Below are positions 10,201-19,682 of a DNA stretch of 64,000 bases, piece after piece. The stretch is taken from sequence record MN018232.1; one strand, 5' to 3'. Numbering within the stretch: position 1 is the stretch's first letter; every line of letters begins with the position of its first letter. A model generated the notes under the pieces. It searched no databases. It worked only from the letters and a program-made list of their open reading frames with translations, and was not told where the DNA came from. A program made the position numbers and the translations under genes.

Positions 10201-13200
10201 TGCATATGGTGAAATTGTGGGAACTGTTGCTAATGATAATGTAATTGTTCTTAAGAATGTTTCTGGAACCTTTGATACTACTGGCACATTCTCTGCAGAT
10301 ATCAAAACTTTCTCCGTTCTTATTGATCAGAACAGTTCATATACAGAAGGAGCAACTCTTTCACTAACTGATGGACTGAATCCACCAATTGCAACTGCAG
10401 AAGTCTTAGAAGGAACTAATAACCAAAACGTTGTTAAGATTAAAGTTCTTACTGGAACTTGGATTGTTGATGATACTTATTTTATTCAATCAAGTAATCT
10501 ATTCAATACTTCTGGATCTAGAATTGTAACACTTACATCACTAAGCGATGGTCTAGAACCATTTATTGTCAATCAAAGTGTTGCTCTGATCGAGACTACT
10601 GAAAATCATGGTCTTGGAGTTGGTGACAAAGTAACTATTGATATCAACCCAGACGATACCACAAAGACAAAAGATTATTACCTAAGAAAGAGACTTTATC
10701 AAGAAGTAACTTTTGCTCCTCCAGAAAACAATTCATCTATTGAAGATACTGGTGTCGGTAGATTCCAAATCTTAAACGGTGGTGCTGATTATACAGCAGG
10801 TTCATATAATAATGTTCCTCTAATTGGCGGATCTGGAACAGGTGCTACTGCATCAATTACAGTTTCTTCTGCTGGTGTTGTTTCTTCTTTAGTATTGCAA
10901 ACAAAGGGATCTGGTTATAAGAAAGGTGATTACTTAAGAGTAGATGACGAAAGTTTAGTAAGATCATCTGCTTCTCAAAGCACACAAAGACTCACTCTAT
11001 TTGTTGATCACGTTGGTTTTGCTGCTGGTTCAACTATTTTAAATGTTGCAAGTGGACTAGGATTTGCCGAAGGAGATTTATTGCAGGTTGGAAATGAAAT
11101 TGTAGAGATCGCTACAATCAATGAAAATTCCTTGACCGTTCTTAGAGGTATTGAGGGAACTGAAGATATTGACCACTACAATGGTCAATCAGTTTCTCTG
11201 TATAAACCAAGATATAATTTTAATGCAGGATTTGCTATCACTAGTGGTGCAGGAACTGGATATATCCAATCATACGATCTAGAAACTCAAAAAGCAACGA
11301 TAATTTATGATTATGCAATTAATCTGAATAACGCCAATGTAGTACAAATTAGCACTAGTTTCTTTGATTCGAGTGTACCACAAAGATTGGTAGCAGTGAA
11401 AACTGTATCTTCTACAGAATACAAGTTTGAATTTTCCGAGGATAATGTAAACTTTGCAGTAAATCCAAATATTGATTTACAAGAGTTTTACAGATACAGA
11501 TTTGATACTTCACACTCATCACTCACAAATACTTACTTTGATTTAAGCCCAAGTAAGAATTACAACCTCATTACCCTAGAAAAAACTGCTTCTACTATTT
11601 TACCAGGAAACCCTGGATCATTTACAGAAGTTAAGTTTGGTTTTGGTTCAAGACTTCAAGGAAATCAGTATACAGAAAAAGTTGGAACTAATTTCACAAA
11701 CTTCTATTATTTTGATAAGAATAATATTGTAAATTCAGAAGGTAAGTATTTTAAAATTATTACAGATCCTCTACAAGGAACCAAGACAGTAAACTATGTT
11801 ACTGCAAATCGATTTGTGTATGATTTGAACTCCACTCCTCTGTGGGATGGTTCTGGATCGATCAAATACACTACCACTGGACAGTTTGCTATTGGAGAAA
11901 TCAATACAGTAAAGGTTGTCAATCTTGGATTAAATTATAAAAAAGTTCCTGTTGTTCAAGGATGTGATCCAAATGTAAACTTTAGAGCAAAAGCAACTGT
12001 TCTGTTTGATCTAACAACAAATACGATCACTGGTGTCAGAATTGATGAAAAGGGTTCAAATTATGTCAATCCAAAGATTGTAATTACTAATGGTGATGGT
12101 GTAGATGCTAGATTTAACATTGTTGTTAGAGGAGGAGAGATTTTCTCTATCACAGTCGAAAACCCTGGAAAGGGATATACTTTTGCCCCAGAAGTACAAA
12201 TTATTGAAGGTAGTGTAAAAGCATACGTTGAGAGTTCAACTATTGGTGTTCCTCAAAGTGTTTCTATCACTAGAAACGGCGGTGCTTTCCACTTGGATAA
12301 AACTGTCTCTTCTAAGTTTACTTCGAAGTATGTGTTTGCTTTAAGTGGCATTAGTGGCGATTACCAAAAAGGAGAAGTCGTTGTACAAAGAGTTGGCAAC
12401 ACAGAAGTAGCAAGAGCTAGAGTTGCCGAGTGGAGGTTTGGATCAAACTTACTCAAAGTAGAAAATGTACAAGGAATATTCAGAGAAAATGTTTCTGTTG
12501 ATGGCATCATTTCAAATGCTACTGGTGTTGTAAAGTCAGTATTTGTAACTTCATTTGCAGAGGACATTTCTAGTTTCTACGACAACTTGGGATACTTCAA
12601 GTCTGATAGAGGTAAGTTAGGAGTATCTAACCAAAAACTATTAGACAGTGATTTTTACCAAGACTATTCGTATGTCGTAAAATCAAAAACACCAATTGAT
12701 CAGTGGAGAGACTTAATCAAGTCTACTACACACCCAGCTGGATTTAAGTTATTTGGTCAAGTTGATATTGAAGCAACTGCTGGCACCGAAATGCCAGTTG
12801 AATCTCCAAAGGCAAGTCACTTCACTGTAATTCAACTTTGGGATCCTGAAAAGAATAAGATAACGGTAGAAAACACCAGAAGAACAGTCACTCAGACTAT
12901 TCAGAAAGTAGAAAATCAAAGAATTAGAAAAGGTGCTGGTTCTGCCTCTACTTCAGAATTCAATTTCAATGAAACTCGTGCTTTTGAATTCACATTAGCG
13001 GCACCATTTGATGGAACATATAATTCGGATGGTCAGCTAGTTGGAACAACTACTTTCCAAGTATTAAATGAGGATGGATTACCATTCACGCCAGTAAATG
13101 CCAAGAGTCTTATTGTTACGCTTGATGGTGTTATTCAAGAACCAGAAGTTGCATACACCGTACAAGCAGATAAAATTATCTTTGCACAACCACCACTTGG

Positions 13201-13718
13201 TCCTGGATTAAAGCAGACGGGTGAAGGGTCAACTGATATCACTTATTATGATGGTGTTACTTTCTATGGTAAAGTATTTTATTTTAAAGATAATCAATAC
13301 AATAACAGATACCTTAAGAAAGTAAGAAACATTTTCCAAAGAAATGGAAGATGGTTGGATTCTGCAAATCAAATTGAAAGAAACAAAACTTTCATTGTGG
13401 AAGAATCTGTTGGATATGGTAAGTTTAAATATCCTTCTTTGGATTGGAGCACCAAACTTGATGACTACTCTAAAGACATTGGATTCATTCTCGATGCTTA
13501 TGAGCACGATTTGAGATTTGGTGGAAATACTAAGACAGTCGATTACGTCAATATTTTTGACAATAATGATGAATATGATTATATCACAAAGAATAAGTCC
13601 GAGTCTTTGGGAATTTTTAAGTATGCTACAAATCTAGCAAAACTTGCAATTAGAAACTGGGATATCGTAGAAGAGAATGTAAATTATATTCAAGGATCAA
13701 GAACGGTTACTGTCACCG
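7238..13718 (+). CDS. gp7: Baseplate wedge initiator gp7 (giant, VrlC-like, with YHYH-type domain), N-terminal 2160 aa, cut at J2
   Basis: IESQLPEFI N-terminus, IKNIQKFYKAKGT, HSPILGFAYDGNPIYGP, HPAGFKLFG; follows gp6. Confidence 0.85.
13354..13718. repeat. 365-bp inverted duplicate of 4128..4492
   Basis: See the partner copy at 4128..4492. Confidence 0.9.
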
Positions 13719-13722
13719 TTGT
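13716..13722. other. Breakpoint J2 (contig join)
   Basis: gp7 reading diverges after gtcaccg (13718); a minus-strand gene is cut after FTLDN. Confidence 0.85.
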
Positions 13723-14092
13723 CTAATGTAAACAAATACTGTCCTCTAACAAAACCATGATCTCTTGTATAGACTTCACAGTCCATAGATGAGACAAACC
13801 CTTTGTTAATGCACACAACGCCATAATCCATACAATTCCAAAATTGCAGGTTCTCCAAACTCATGTCTACGACTGGGGTTTGGGGCGATCGTACAAATGC
13901 GCTAATAGGGAGTTTGTCATACATTGCTCCATACTGAGGTAAGTATGTCTCAAAATAAAAAGCGCGTCCAGGTATGGACTTTGCCGATACCCAGACGCCC
14001 TCTACAAACTCCCCGTGACCATCTTGATGATCTCGTAAGTATTCTTTACGAACCCAAACTTTCTCTGCGGGAAGATTGCAGATTAAATTCAT
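13719..14092 (-). CDS. N-terminal half of conserved cyanophage hypothetical protein
   Basis: MNLICNLPAEKVWVRKEYLRDHQDGHGEF...FWNCMDYG...FTLDN. Confidence 0.75.
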
Positions 14093-14235
14093 CGACCTTG
14101 ACCGCGATACTTTTTCTTTGCTTTGTTACGACTAGTAGCAGCATACAGGGTGTGCTTTGAACTGCCCTGACGAGTCTTCTTGGGTTTCGACTCAATAATC
14201 TTCTTGCCGCTCAGTCCGACTTTTGCTCGTGCCAT
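14089..14235 (-). CDS. Small basic conserved cyanophage protein (48 aa, not in ORF track)
   Basis: MARAKVGLSGKKIIESKPKKTRQGSSKHTLYAATSRNKAKKKYRGQGR; ATGA overlap with the next gene. Confidence 0.75.
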   Translation of the reverse strand: MARAKVGLSGKKIIESKPKKTRQGSSKHTLYAATSRNKAKKKYRGQGR

Positions 14236-14270
14236 AGTGTTTAATCAATTGACTTCAGTATTATAGCATA

Positions 14271-14660
14271 TTATTCTGCTGGTGTGGGTGGTGCAGATGC
14301 TCCACCATCAGATCCTCCATTCGCAATCCATGTAACAATGCTAGTGTCTCTCACAAATACATTCCTACTTCCTTGCATCACCTGTGAACCATGTTGTGTT
14401 TTACTCATGAACTTTGCTAACGGTGTCCCATTACAAAATACAGTAGCAAAACCTTCAATGATAATATCAGGTGGAAGGTGGGGAACTGGAGGAATTGTTC
14501 CAGGAATCGGGTGAATCACCATGGTATTACCAACATGATGCACTGGTTGACCATTGACTACTACATTAGCAGCAAAACCTACAGGAGGTGGCAATGGAGT
14601 AGGTGGTTGGTGTCCATGTGAACTAAGCGGAATGCCCGCTAAACCAATCTGAATCGTCAT
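14271..14660 (-). CDS. PAAR-type spike tip protein (T4 gp5.4-like) with short C-terminal extension
   Basis: SSHGHQPP...NVVVNGQPVHHVGN...H...TVFCNGTPLAK...GSRNVFV. Confidence 0.75.
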   Translation of the reverse strand: MTIQIGLAGIPLSSHGHQPPTPLPPPVGFAANVVVNGQPVHHVGNTMVIHPIPGTIPPVPHLPPDIIIEGFATVFCNGTPLAKFMSKTQHGSQVMQGSRNVFVRDTSIVTWIANGGSDGGASAPPTPAE

Positions 14661-15874
14661 GGTGGTGCAAACCCAGGGTACTCGATACCTGCCCTATTTA
14701 GAAGAAACTCATTACGGAACTCTGCATACCTTCCATCATACCTTACTGGCCAATAGAAATACCAAATATTACTTAATAGATTGCTGGTCAACGTGTCGCC
14801 CAAGTTTAAACGATAATCACCTAATGTTATATCTTGTCCCGCAAGTTTTTTCTCTAGTACAACCTCATCTGGTGGATCTTCAATAATTGCAGTCACACAT
14901 GATACTTTGATCGTATAGACTACTGTATCAAATAACGTTGGCGTAATCTCTAGCAATTGACCCATCCTAGCACTAGGTCCATCACTATTGTACCTAGTAT
15001 ACTCATTCCAATACTCTGTACCATACCTATTTGCCAACAGCGGGTCGGTGATCGCGCTTGTGAGGTATGGTATCTCGTCGGCGCTATCCCGCACCCATCC
15101 AGGAGGCATATACCCATCACTCCTCGTAGGGAACTCTAAGATACCCTCATTCGGTACAGTGGCATTACGTTTCTTCCATGCACCATCAGAACGTAACCTC
15201 CATAGGTCTCTATAACCATCTGGGTACGTATCTCTGTAAAATTCATTCTCAAATGCATTCTGATTGAGTCCAGTACCATTCATGTACTTTAACTCTTGAT
15301 CAAAGAACGCATACTCGGAGCATCGCCCCTGAATATTACTAATACCGACAGAACCATCTAAAAGAAGTGGAGGTATCAGATTCTGTTGAATTTCTACCAA
15401 AGGATCTAGAGAGTCTACGTCATCGACTGTAGAAATGCCCCCAGCGGGTCCCCAACCCCATCCTGCGCGTGCTCGGGACTCCTCCCAGTCATTCGGGGTG
15501 TAATCCCATCCATTCGTCGCCTGGGGGTTCTCTGGGAGTCCATCCTCCTCTTCCCTAGGCCACCAGTCAATTCGGACAATACTGGTAGTGGTTGAGATAA
15601 TATACTCATTCGGTGTACCAGCAATCATCCAAATTTGGGTAGGGTCGATGTTCTCCCAACAATACCACGGCGGAGTCTCTGCAATTAATCCAATCTGATC
15701 CCTAAGTCTATCTCGCTCAATCCATATCCCCGTCGAGTCCTTCGGATAAAACCTCCCAGCATAAAATGGAATCCCATTGCCGTTCAACCGCGTTAACCTA
15801 TTGAAGTCATTGAGCTCAATAGGTCCAATGCCGCCTAACGATGGTGCTAAGATGTTTATGAAGGGTATTGCCAT
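14657..15874 (-). CDS. Hypothetical late/structural protein (405 aa)
   Basis: Long ORF translationally coupled to the PAAR gene. Confidence 0.65.
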   Translation of the reverse strand: MAIPFINILAPSLGGIGPIELNDFNRLTRLNGNGIPFYAGRFYPKDSTGIWIERDRLRDQIGLIAETPPWYCWENIDPTQIWMIAGTPNEYIISTTTSIVRIDWWPREEEDGLPENPQATNGWDYTPNDWEESRARAGWGWGPAGGISTVDDVDSLDPLVEIQQNLIPPLLLDGSVGISNIQGRCSEYAFFDQELKYMNGTGLNQNAFENEFYRDTYPDGYRDLWRLRSDGAWKKRNATVPNEGILEFPTRSDGYMPPGWVRDSADEIPYLTSAITDPLLANRYGTEYWNEYTRYNSDGPSARMGQLLEITPTLFDTVVYTIKVSCVTAIIEDPPDEVVLEKKLAGQDITLGDYRLNLGDTLTSNLLSNIWYFYWPVRYDGRYAEFRNEFLLNRAGIEYPGFAPP

Positions 15875-16167
15875 TACCTTGTAGTTGCAATTGTTATTAA
15901 GTCTTTCTTAATCCCTTCGACATTGTTATGCAAGTAATCTAAGGTCTCAGATAAACTCTCATGCTTACTGCTCTGTGGTCGCCTGTACATCAACTGGGGG
16001 CGCTCCAATGCCGAGATCCGTTGGTCCAGGCTCTGCAACCTCTCGGACAACTTCAGGAGTGCTGTCTCCAATATTTGCTGCTGCTTCTGTAACTCTTCCG
16101 TCATTCTGATCACCTCGTAGGAATGCATTTGCGGCGCGACTTTCAAACTCATCGCAGAACGCATCAA
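15874..16167 (-). CDS. Small coiled-coil hypothetical protein (start uncertain)
   Basis: LMYRRP...ETLDYLHNNVEGIK; 1-nt overlap with the next ORF. Confidence 0.5.
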   Translation of the reverse strand: MMRSAMSLKVAPQMHSYEVIRMTEELQKQQQILETALLKLSERLQSLDQRISALERPQLMYRRPQSSKHESLSETLDYLHNNVEGIKKDLITIATTR

Positions 16168-16213
16168 AGTTTTCTAATATACCTGTAAAATCTTTGAAAG
16201 GGTTTTCACTCAT
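15965..16213 (-). CDS. Hypothetical protein, first gene of the late operon
   Basis: MSENPF...ENFDAFCDEFESRAA; ATAAATA at 16271-16277 upstream. Confidence 0.6.
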   Translation of the reverse strand: MSENPFKDFTGILENFDAFCDEFESRAANAFLRGDQNDGRVTEAAANIGDSTPEVVREVAEPGPTDLGIGAPPVDVQATTEQ

Positions 16214-16270
16214 TTTTTTGCTGGGAAAATTTTTTAGAATTCAAGGTTTTGAAAAACCGATTTTCAAAAT

Positions 16271-16277
16271 TATTTAT
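16271..16277 (-). promoter_or_regulatory. Late promoter ATAAATA
   Basis: tatttat on + strand. Confidence 0.6.
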
Positions 16278-16342
16278 CGGTCGTCTGGATACTTTTGTAG
16301 GTTAGAGGGACCCTTCGATTTTCGCTTGGCGACCCCTTAGTA

Positions 16343-16382
16343 CAAAAATACCCCCCAACATACTGTCAGGGGGCGGGGGTGT
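16343..16382 (-). terminator. Probable intrinsic terminator ending the early small-ORF operon
   Basis: C-run/G-run hairpin followed by TATTTTT on the minus strand. Confidence 0.5.
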
Positions 16383-16383
16383 G

Positions 16384-16554
16384 CTAGACTGCCGCTAACT
16401 GTCTGGCGATGAGTCGGGCGGTGTGCTGCTTTGGTTTGTATGGGATGGAGACCTGCTCACTGTCGCCACGTCTCCAGATCTCGTGCTTGCTGCCCTTGCG
16501 ATGCTCAACCCATCCATTGACGCGGGCGAGGCGCTTAAGTTGCTTGTCTGTCAT
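16384..16554 (-). CDS. HicA-like (dsRBD-fold mRNA interferase) 56-aa protein, not in ORF track
   Basis: MTDKQLKRLARVNGWVEHRKGSKHEIWRRGDSEQVSIPYKPKQHTARLIARQLAAV; GSxH motif and size fit HicA; TGATG coupling to the upstream ORF. Confidence 0.65.
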   Translation of the reverse strand: MTDKQLKRLARVNGWVEHRKGSKHEIWRRGDSEQVSIPYKPKQHTARLIARQLAAV

Positions 16555-16799
16555 CAGAGGTCTGCCATCATCTCGTTCATCTCGTCTGCACAGATGGCGG
16601 GGTCATCCCAACGCACACCGTCGCCAGTCTTGACAAGGTGGCGACCGATCTGCCCGTCAGTCATGCAGCGGACGAACTTATCCCAAGGGGTCTCGCCCTG
16701 GGCGTACTCTACACATGCCTTAGCGGTGTTGTAGAGGAACTCATCGTTTGCCATCCAGAGGGAGGCATTCCAGGTCTCGTAATTTGCCCAACCGTTCAT
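16554..16799 (-). CDS. Early hypothetical protein (NGWxNYETW family)
   Basis: MNGWANYETWNASLW motif common in marine phage early genes. Confidence 0.7.
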   Translation of the reverse strand: MNGWANYETWNASLWMANDEFLYNTAKACVEYAQGETPWDKFVRCMTDGQIGRHLVKTGDGVRWDDPAICADEMNEMMADL

Positions 16800-16842
16800 G
16801 GTCTTGTCTGTGTTGATGTGATTAGTCTACAGGGTCAGCGCC

Positions 16843-17037
16843 TCAGTGGCGGTCGCTGATGTTCCAGATCTCAAATTGTCCCATGTCGTTGCCTGCCTCT
16901 GCTGCCTGACGCATAGCATGGCGGCGGGCGTTCTCACGGCGGAGTTGCTCCATGTAGGATGCCATTGCCATCTGACAGGCGGGGTCGTTGGCAGCGGTGT
17001 CGTTGACGAGGAAAGCGCCGTTGTGTTGTTTGATCAT
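16843..17037 (-). CDS. Early hypothetical protein, probably leaderless
   Basis: MIKQHNGAFLVND...; ATG 6 nt after TATACT. Confidence 0.55.
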   Translation of the reverse strand: MIKQHNGAFLVNDTAANDPACQMAMASYMEQLRRENARRHAMRQAAEAGNDMGQFEIWNISDRH

Positions 17038-17086
17038 GCTCTTAGTATAGGGGATCTGGTGGGCAGTGGGGAGAATGGTGGACAGT

Positions 17087-17302
17087 TCAGCAACCGAACA
17101 CCAGATCAGCGATGGCGTTGGTGTTAGCATCAGAGCGACACCAGCGGATGGGTTCACCAGCAGGGGGGCACATCCAGATCATGCATTCCTCGCCCCACAG
17201 TTTGGCGATCCTGAAAGCGTGGTTCATGTCCTTTGCCCAATCGCACCCGTGAGGATCGAACTTTCCCCATGCGGTGGGTTGGACTGCGATGGCGTGGTTC
17301 AT
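17087..17302 (-). CDS. Early hypothetical protein
   Basis: 71-aa ORF with TATACT upstream at 17327-17332. Confidence 0.55.
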   Translation of the reverse strand: MNHAIAVQPTAWGKFDPHGCDWAKDMNHAFRIAKLWGEECMIWMCPPAGEPIRWCRSDANTNAIADLVFGC

Positions 17303-17457
17303 GGTTCGTTTCGTTTCGATGTAACCAGTATAAGGGCACGGATGCCCCTGAATGCCGCGGCCAAGACCACTTTGAGGAATGTCACATCACTCCCCATGGC
17401 AGGCAGCGAGGGCATGGAATAATGAGACATGAGTTCAATTGTACCACAGGCAGCCGC

Positions 17458-17487
17458 GATTCTCAATAAGAAAATCTATTGAGAATC
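17458..17487. repeat. Perfect 11-bp inverted repeat GATTCTCAATA-N8-TATTGAGAATC
   Basis: Read directly from the sequence. Confidence 0.85.
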
Positions 17488-17682
17488 AGGGATTAGGTCA
17501 ATCAAAGTATCCTCATCGTACAAATCTGTGATCTCTTCAGTGATCTCATCCCAAGTGCATTTGTCGTATGCATCCAGTAGCAAATCCCAGCACAATTGCT
17601 CCATGGTTTGCATATCCATCCCGTCTAGGATATGCTGCACATAATTCTCTTTGAGTCGTTGCAGATCGCTAGGAGTAGGCAT
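17476..17682 (-). CDS. Early acidic hypothetical protein (68 aa)
   Basis: MPTPSDLQRLKENYVQHILDGMD...IPDSQ. Confidence 0.6.
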   Translation of the reverse strand: MPTPSDLQRLKENYVQHILDGMDMQTMEQLCWDLLLDAYDKCTWDEITEEITDLYDEDTLIDLIPDSQ

Positions 17683-17719
17683 GATGAATGGAGTGATGAT
17701 TGTGTGGACTAAGTTATGC

Positions 17720-18073
17720 TCAGACGAGCAGATCAGATGCAGCGAGAGCACCCAATCGCATACCAGAGCGAAACTCAGTGACGAAGAATTCAGTGCCATT
17801 GTAGAGGCGAATGAACCACTGATAGTTCTTCTGGAATACACCCTCACCTGCAATACCATGCTCGGTCATGATAGCATTGATGCGAGATTTGGTGGTGTTA
17901 GATTGCCAACCACCATCGTACAATTTGATGAAGTTGTCACCAACCTCAGCGATGAGATTGTTGTGGAGATAGACTTTGCTAACGTCGTCAATGTTGACAA
18001 CCTCAGTGTTGTCAAGTTTCCAATCTTTGGACTCGCTGATAGCAGCATTCATGAGTCGTTCGATCTTACGCAT
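17720..18073 (-). CDS. Early hypothetical protein (117 aa)
   Basis: MRKIERLMNAAI...YLHNNLIA...GGWQSNTTKSRINA, widespread marine phage family. Confidence 0.7.
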   Translation of the reverse strand: MRKIERLMNAAISESKDWKLDNTEVVNIDDVSKVYLHNNLIAEVGDNFIKLYDGGWQSNTTKSRINAIMTEHGIAGEGVFQKNYQWFIRLYNGTEFFVTEFRSGMRLGALAASDLLV

Positions 18074-18101
18074 GATTTGAAGCGGTTTGGTTGATGTGAT
18101 T

Positions 18102-18150
18102 AGTATGGCACCCCATGGAGGGGTTTGGGGAGAATGGTGGACACTCTCCC
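18102..18150 (-). promoter_or_regulatory. Repeated early-promoter module (other copies at 17044-17096 and 18538-18592)
   Basis: Minus strand CRGTTG-N6-TGTCCACCATT..CCCC-N18/19-(T/C)ATACT in three copies. Confidence 0.7.
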
Positions 18151-18158
18151 AACTGTCC

Positions 18159-18335
18159 CTAGTAGCGAGTGTCGGTCAGGTTCTGGTGGTAGATAACCTC
18201 AACGGCATCCCATTGCTCTTCAGTGAGCACACCACAATGTGCTTCCATGAAGTCATAAACCATGCACCAATCTGCGTCCATGTCATCAATGAACTGTTGG
18301 AGACTTTCGAGAACAGAGTTAAACATGTCAGACAT
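18159..18335 (-). CDS. Early hypothetical protein
   Basis: MSDMFNSVLESLQQFIDDMDADW... Confidence 0.5.
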   Translation of the reverse strand: MSDMFNSVLESLQQFIDDMDADWCMVYDFMEAHCGVLTEEQWDAVEVIYHQNLTDTRY

Positions 18336-18339
18336 AGTT

Positions 18340-18531
18340 TCAGTTACCATTGAGGAATTCTGCGAGTGCTTCGTCATACTCTGCTTTGGTCTCAAAGATT
18401 CTACCATGGATCTGGCGAGGGTACGTGGCATCAATGCCAGCATGAGCGACCATCTGGCAGTCTGCCTCATCGTATCCCATCTCCACCAGGGTGGCGACGT
18501 AAGGGTTGTTCGTTTGGGTTTCGTTTGTCAT
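18340..18531 (-). CDS. Early hypothetical protein, probably leaderless
   Basis: MTNETQTNNPYVATLVEMGYDEADC; ATG 6 nt after CATACT. Confidence 0.6.
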   Translation of the reverse strand: MTNETQTNNPYVATLVEMGYDEADCQMVAHAGIDATYPRQIHGRIFETKAEYDEALAEFLNGN

Positions 18532-18902
18532 GCACCTAGTATGGGTCATGATGGGGCACAATGGGGGCAATGGTGGACAGTCTGCCAACTGGTCGGGCGG
18601 CTGACCAGTTTGTGTTACTAACTCTGCGTGGTGTAATCTATATCGAACTCTGCCTCATATTCAGGTTGGTCAGTATCACCCTCATCACCAAACATTTCCT
18701 CAAACAAGTTAACAACCTGCTTGTCAGTTTCTAATGCCATGCTGCAGGGATCTTTGGGTTTGTTGTTAGATAGTTCCATGAGTTCGTAACAAGAAAGGGT
18801 TGACAATTTTGTGCCGTTGTGACCAGTGTAGAACATGAAAAAATCCCGTCAACATGTATACAATACATGTAAACGGGACGAATGGGGGATTAAGTGGACA
18901 GT

Positions 18903-19061
18903 TCAATAAGTGTCATAGTATTCGTCCGTTTCCCTCTTGAATTTGGTAACTTTCTTTTTAGTCTGCCTTCGAATGTTCTTCACTTCGTATCCATAATCTT
19001 CGAAATCTTCGTCGAATTGTTGATACTTACTGTCGGACGATTGATTGTAACGCTTGCCCAT
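18903..19061 (-). CDS. Small charged hypothetical protein (52 aa, not in ORF track)
   Basis: MGKRYNQSSDSKYQQFDEDFEDYGYEVKNIRRQTKKKVTKFKRETDEYYDTY. Confidence 0.55.
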   Translation of the reverse strand: MGKRYNQSSDSKYQQFDEDFEDYGYEVKNIRRQTKKKVTKFKRETDEYYDTY

Positions 19062-19095
19062 GATTTGTGGTTAGTTTCTAACTCAAATGACTAGA

Positions 19096-19332
19096 TTATT
19101 TAGTTACAGGAACTAGTTTACCCTCTTTAATATAAGAATTAACTAGTTTACCAATAGATTGTTCTTCTTTTAGAGTTTTAGACACAATTTCTTCGAATTC
19201 TACTGTATTTTCACAGTTAAACTCGTATTCTTTGTCAATATTACTATTATAAGTTACAAATACACTATCTTTACCCATTTTAATAGTAAAGATAGCTGAA
19301 CTATCCTGAAATTCGTAGGTTTTCACAAACAT
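19096..19332 (-). CDS. Hypothetical protein (78 aa)
   Basis: MFVKTYEFQDSSAI...SIGKL. Confidence 0.6.
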   Translation of the reverse strand: MFVKTYEFQDSSAIFTIKMGKDSVFVTYNSNIDKEYEFNCENTVEFEEIVSKTLKEEQSIGKLVNSYIKEGKLVPVTK

Positions 19333-19680
19333 TTAAAGATTAAAAAAGTTAAAAAACTGAAAAACTCAAAAATCTCATTTTTTTAAAAAGTCAAAAAAGT
19401 GAAAAAGTCAGATTTTTGAGTTTCTGAGAAAAGTGAAAAACCGCTGTGGTCCTCCCCTTGCCCCATGACAGTATTATAGGGTACTTCCGAGTGTTTCTGA
19501 GGTGTTGTGGACGGTTTCAGAGGTGTCACAGAGGCACTTGACATTCGTTAGACACCGTGCTAAGCCAACAACGACTCCGCACATTACCTATATTTTTTTA
19601 ACCATTTTTTATTATTGATTCTCAACTAGTCTTCACTATTGAGAACCATTGGTATGACTGACGCGGAAGCACCTTGAAAA
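19333..19680. other. AT-rich non-coding region with A-tract repeats
   Basis: No ORF in track; repeated AAAAA(A)GT/CT units 19341-19440. Confidence 0.6.
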
Positions 19681-19682
19681 CC

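Noticed and set aside
4128-13718. Invertible segment or shufflon bounded by 365-bp inverted repeats in gp7
   Set aside because: The geometry does not regenerate gp7 by a simple flip without also needing the second split gene, no recombinase is present, and a contig-end overlap explains it.
18618-18836. 72-aa minus-strand ORF
   Set aside because: Its ATG directly follows a terminator-like hairpin plus T-run (18838-18878); the start and coding status are uncertain, so it is not listed as a feature.
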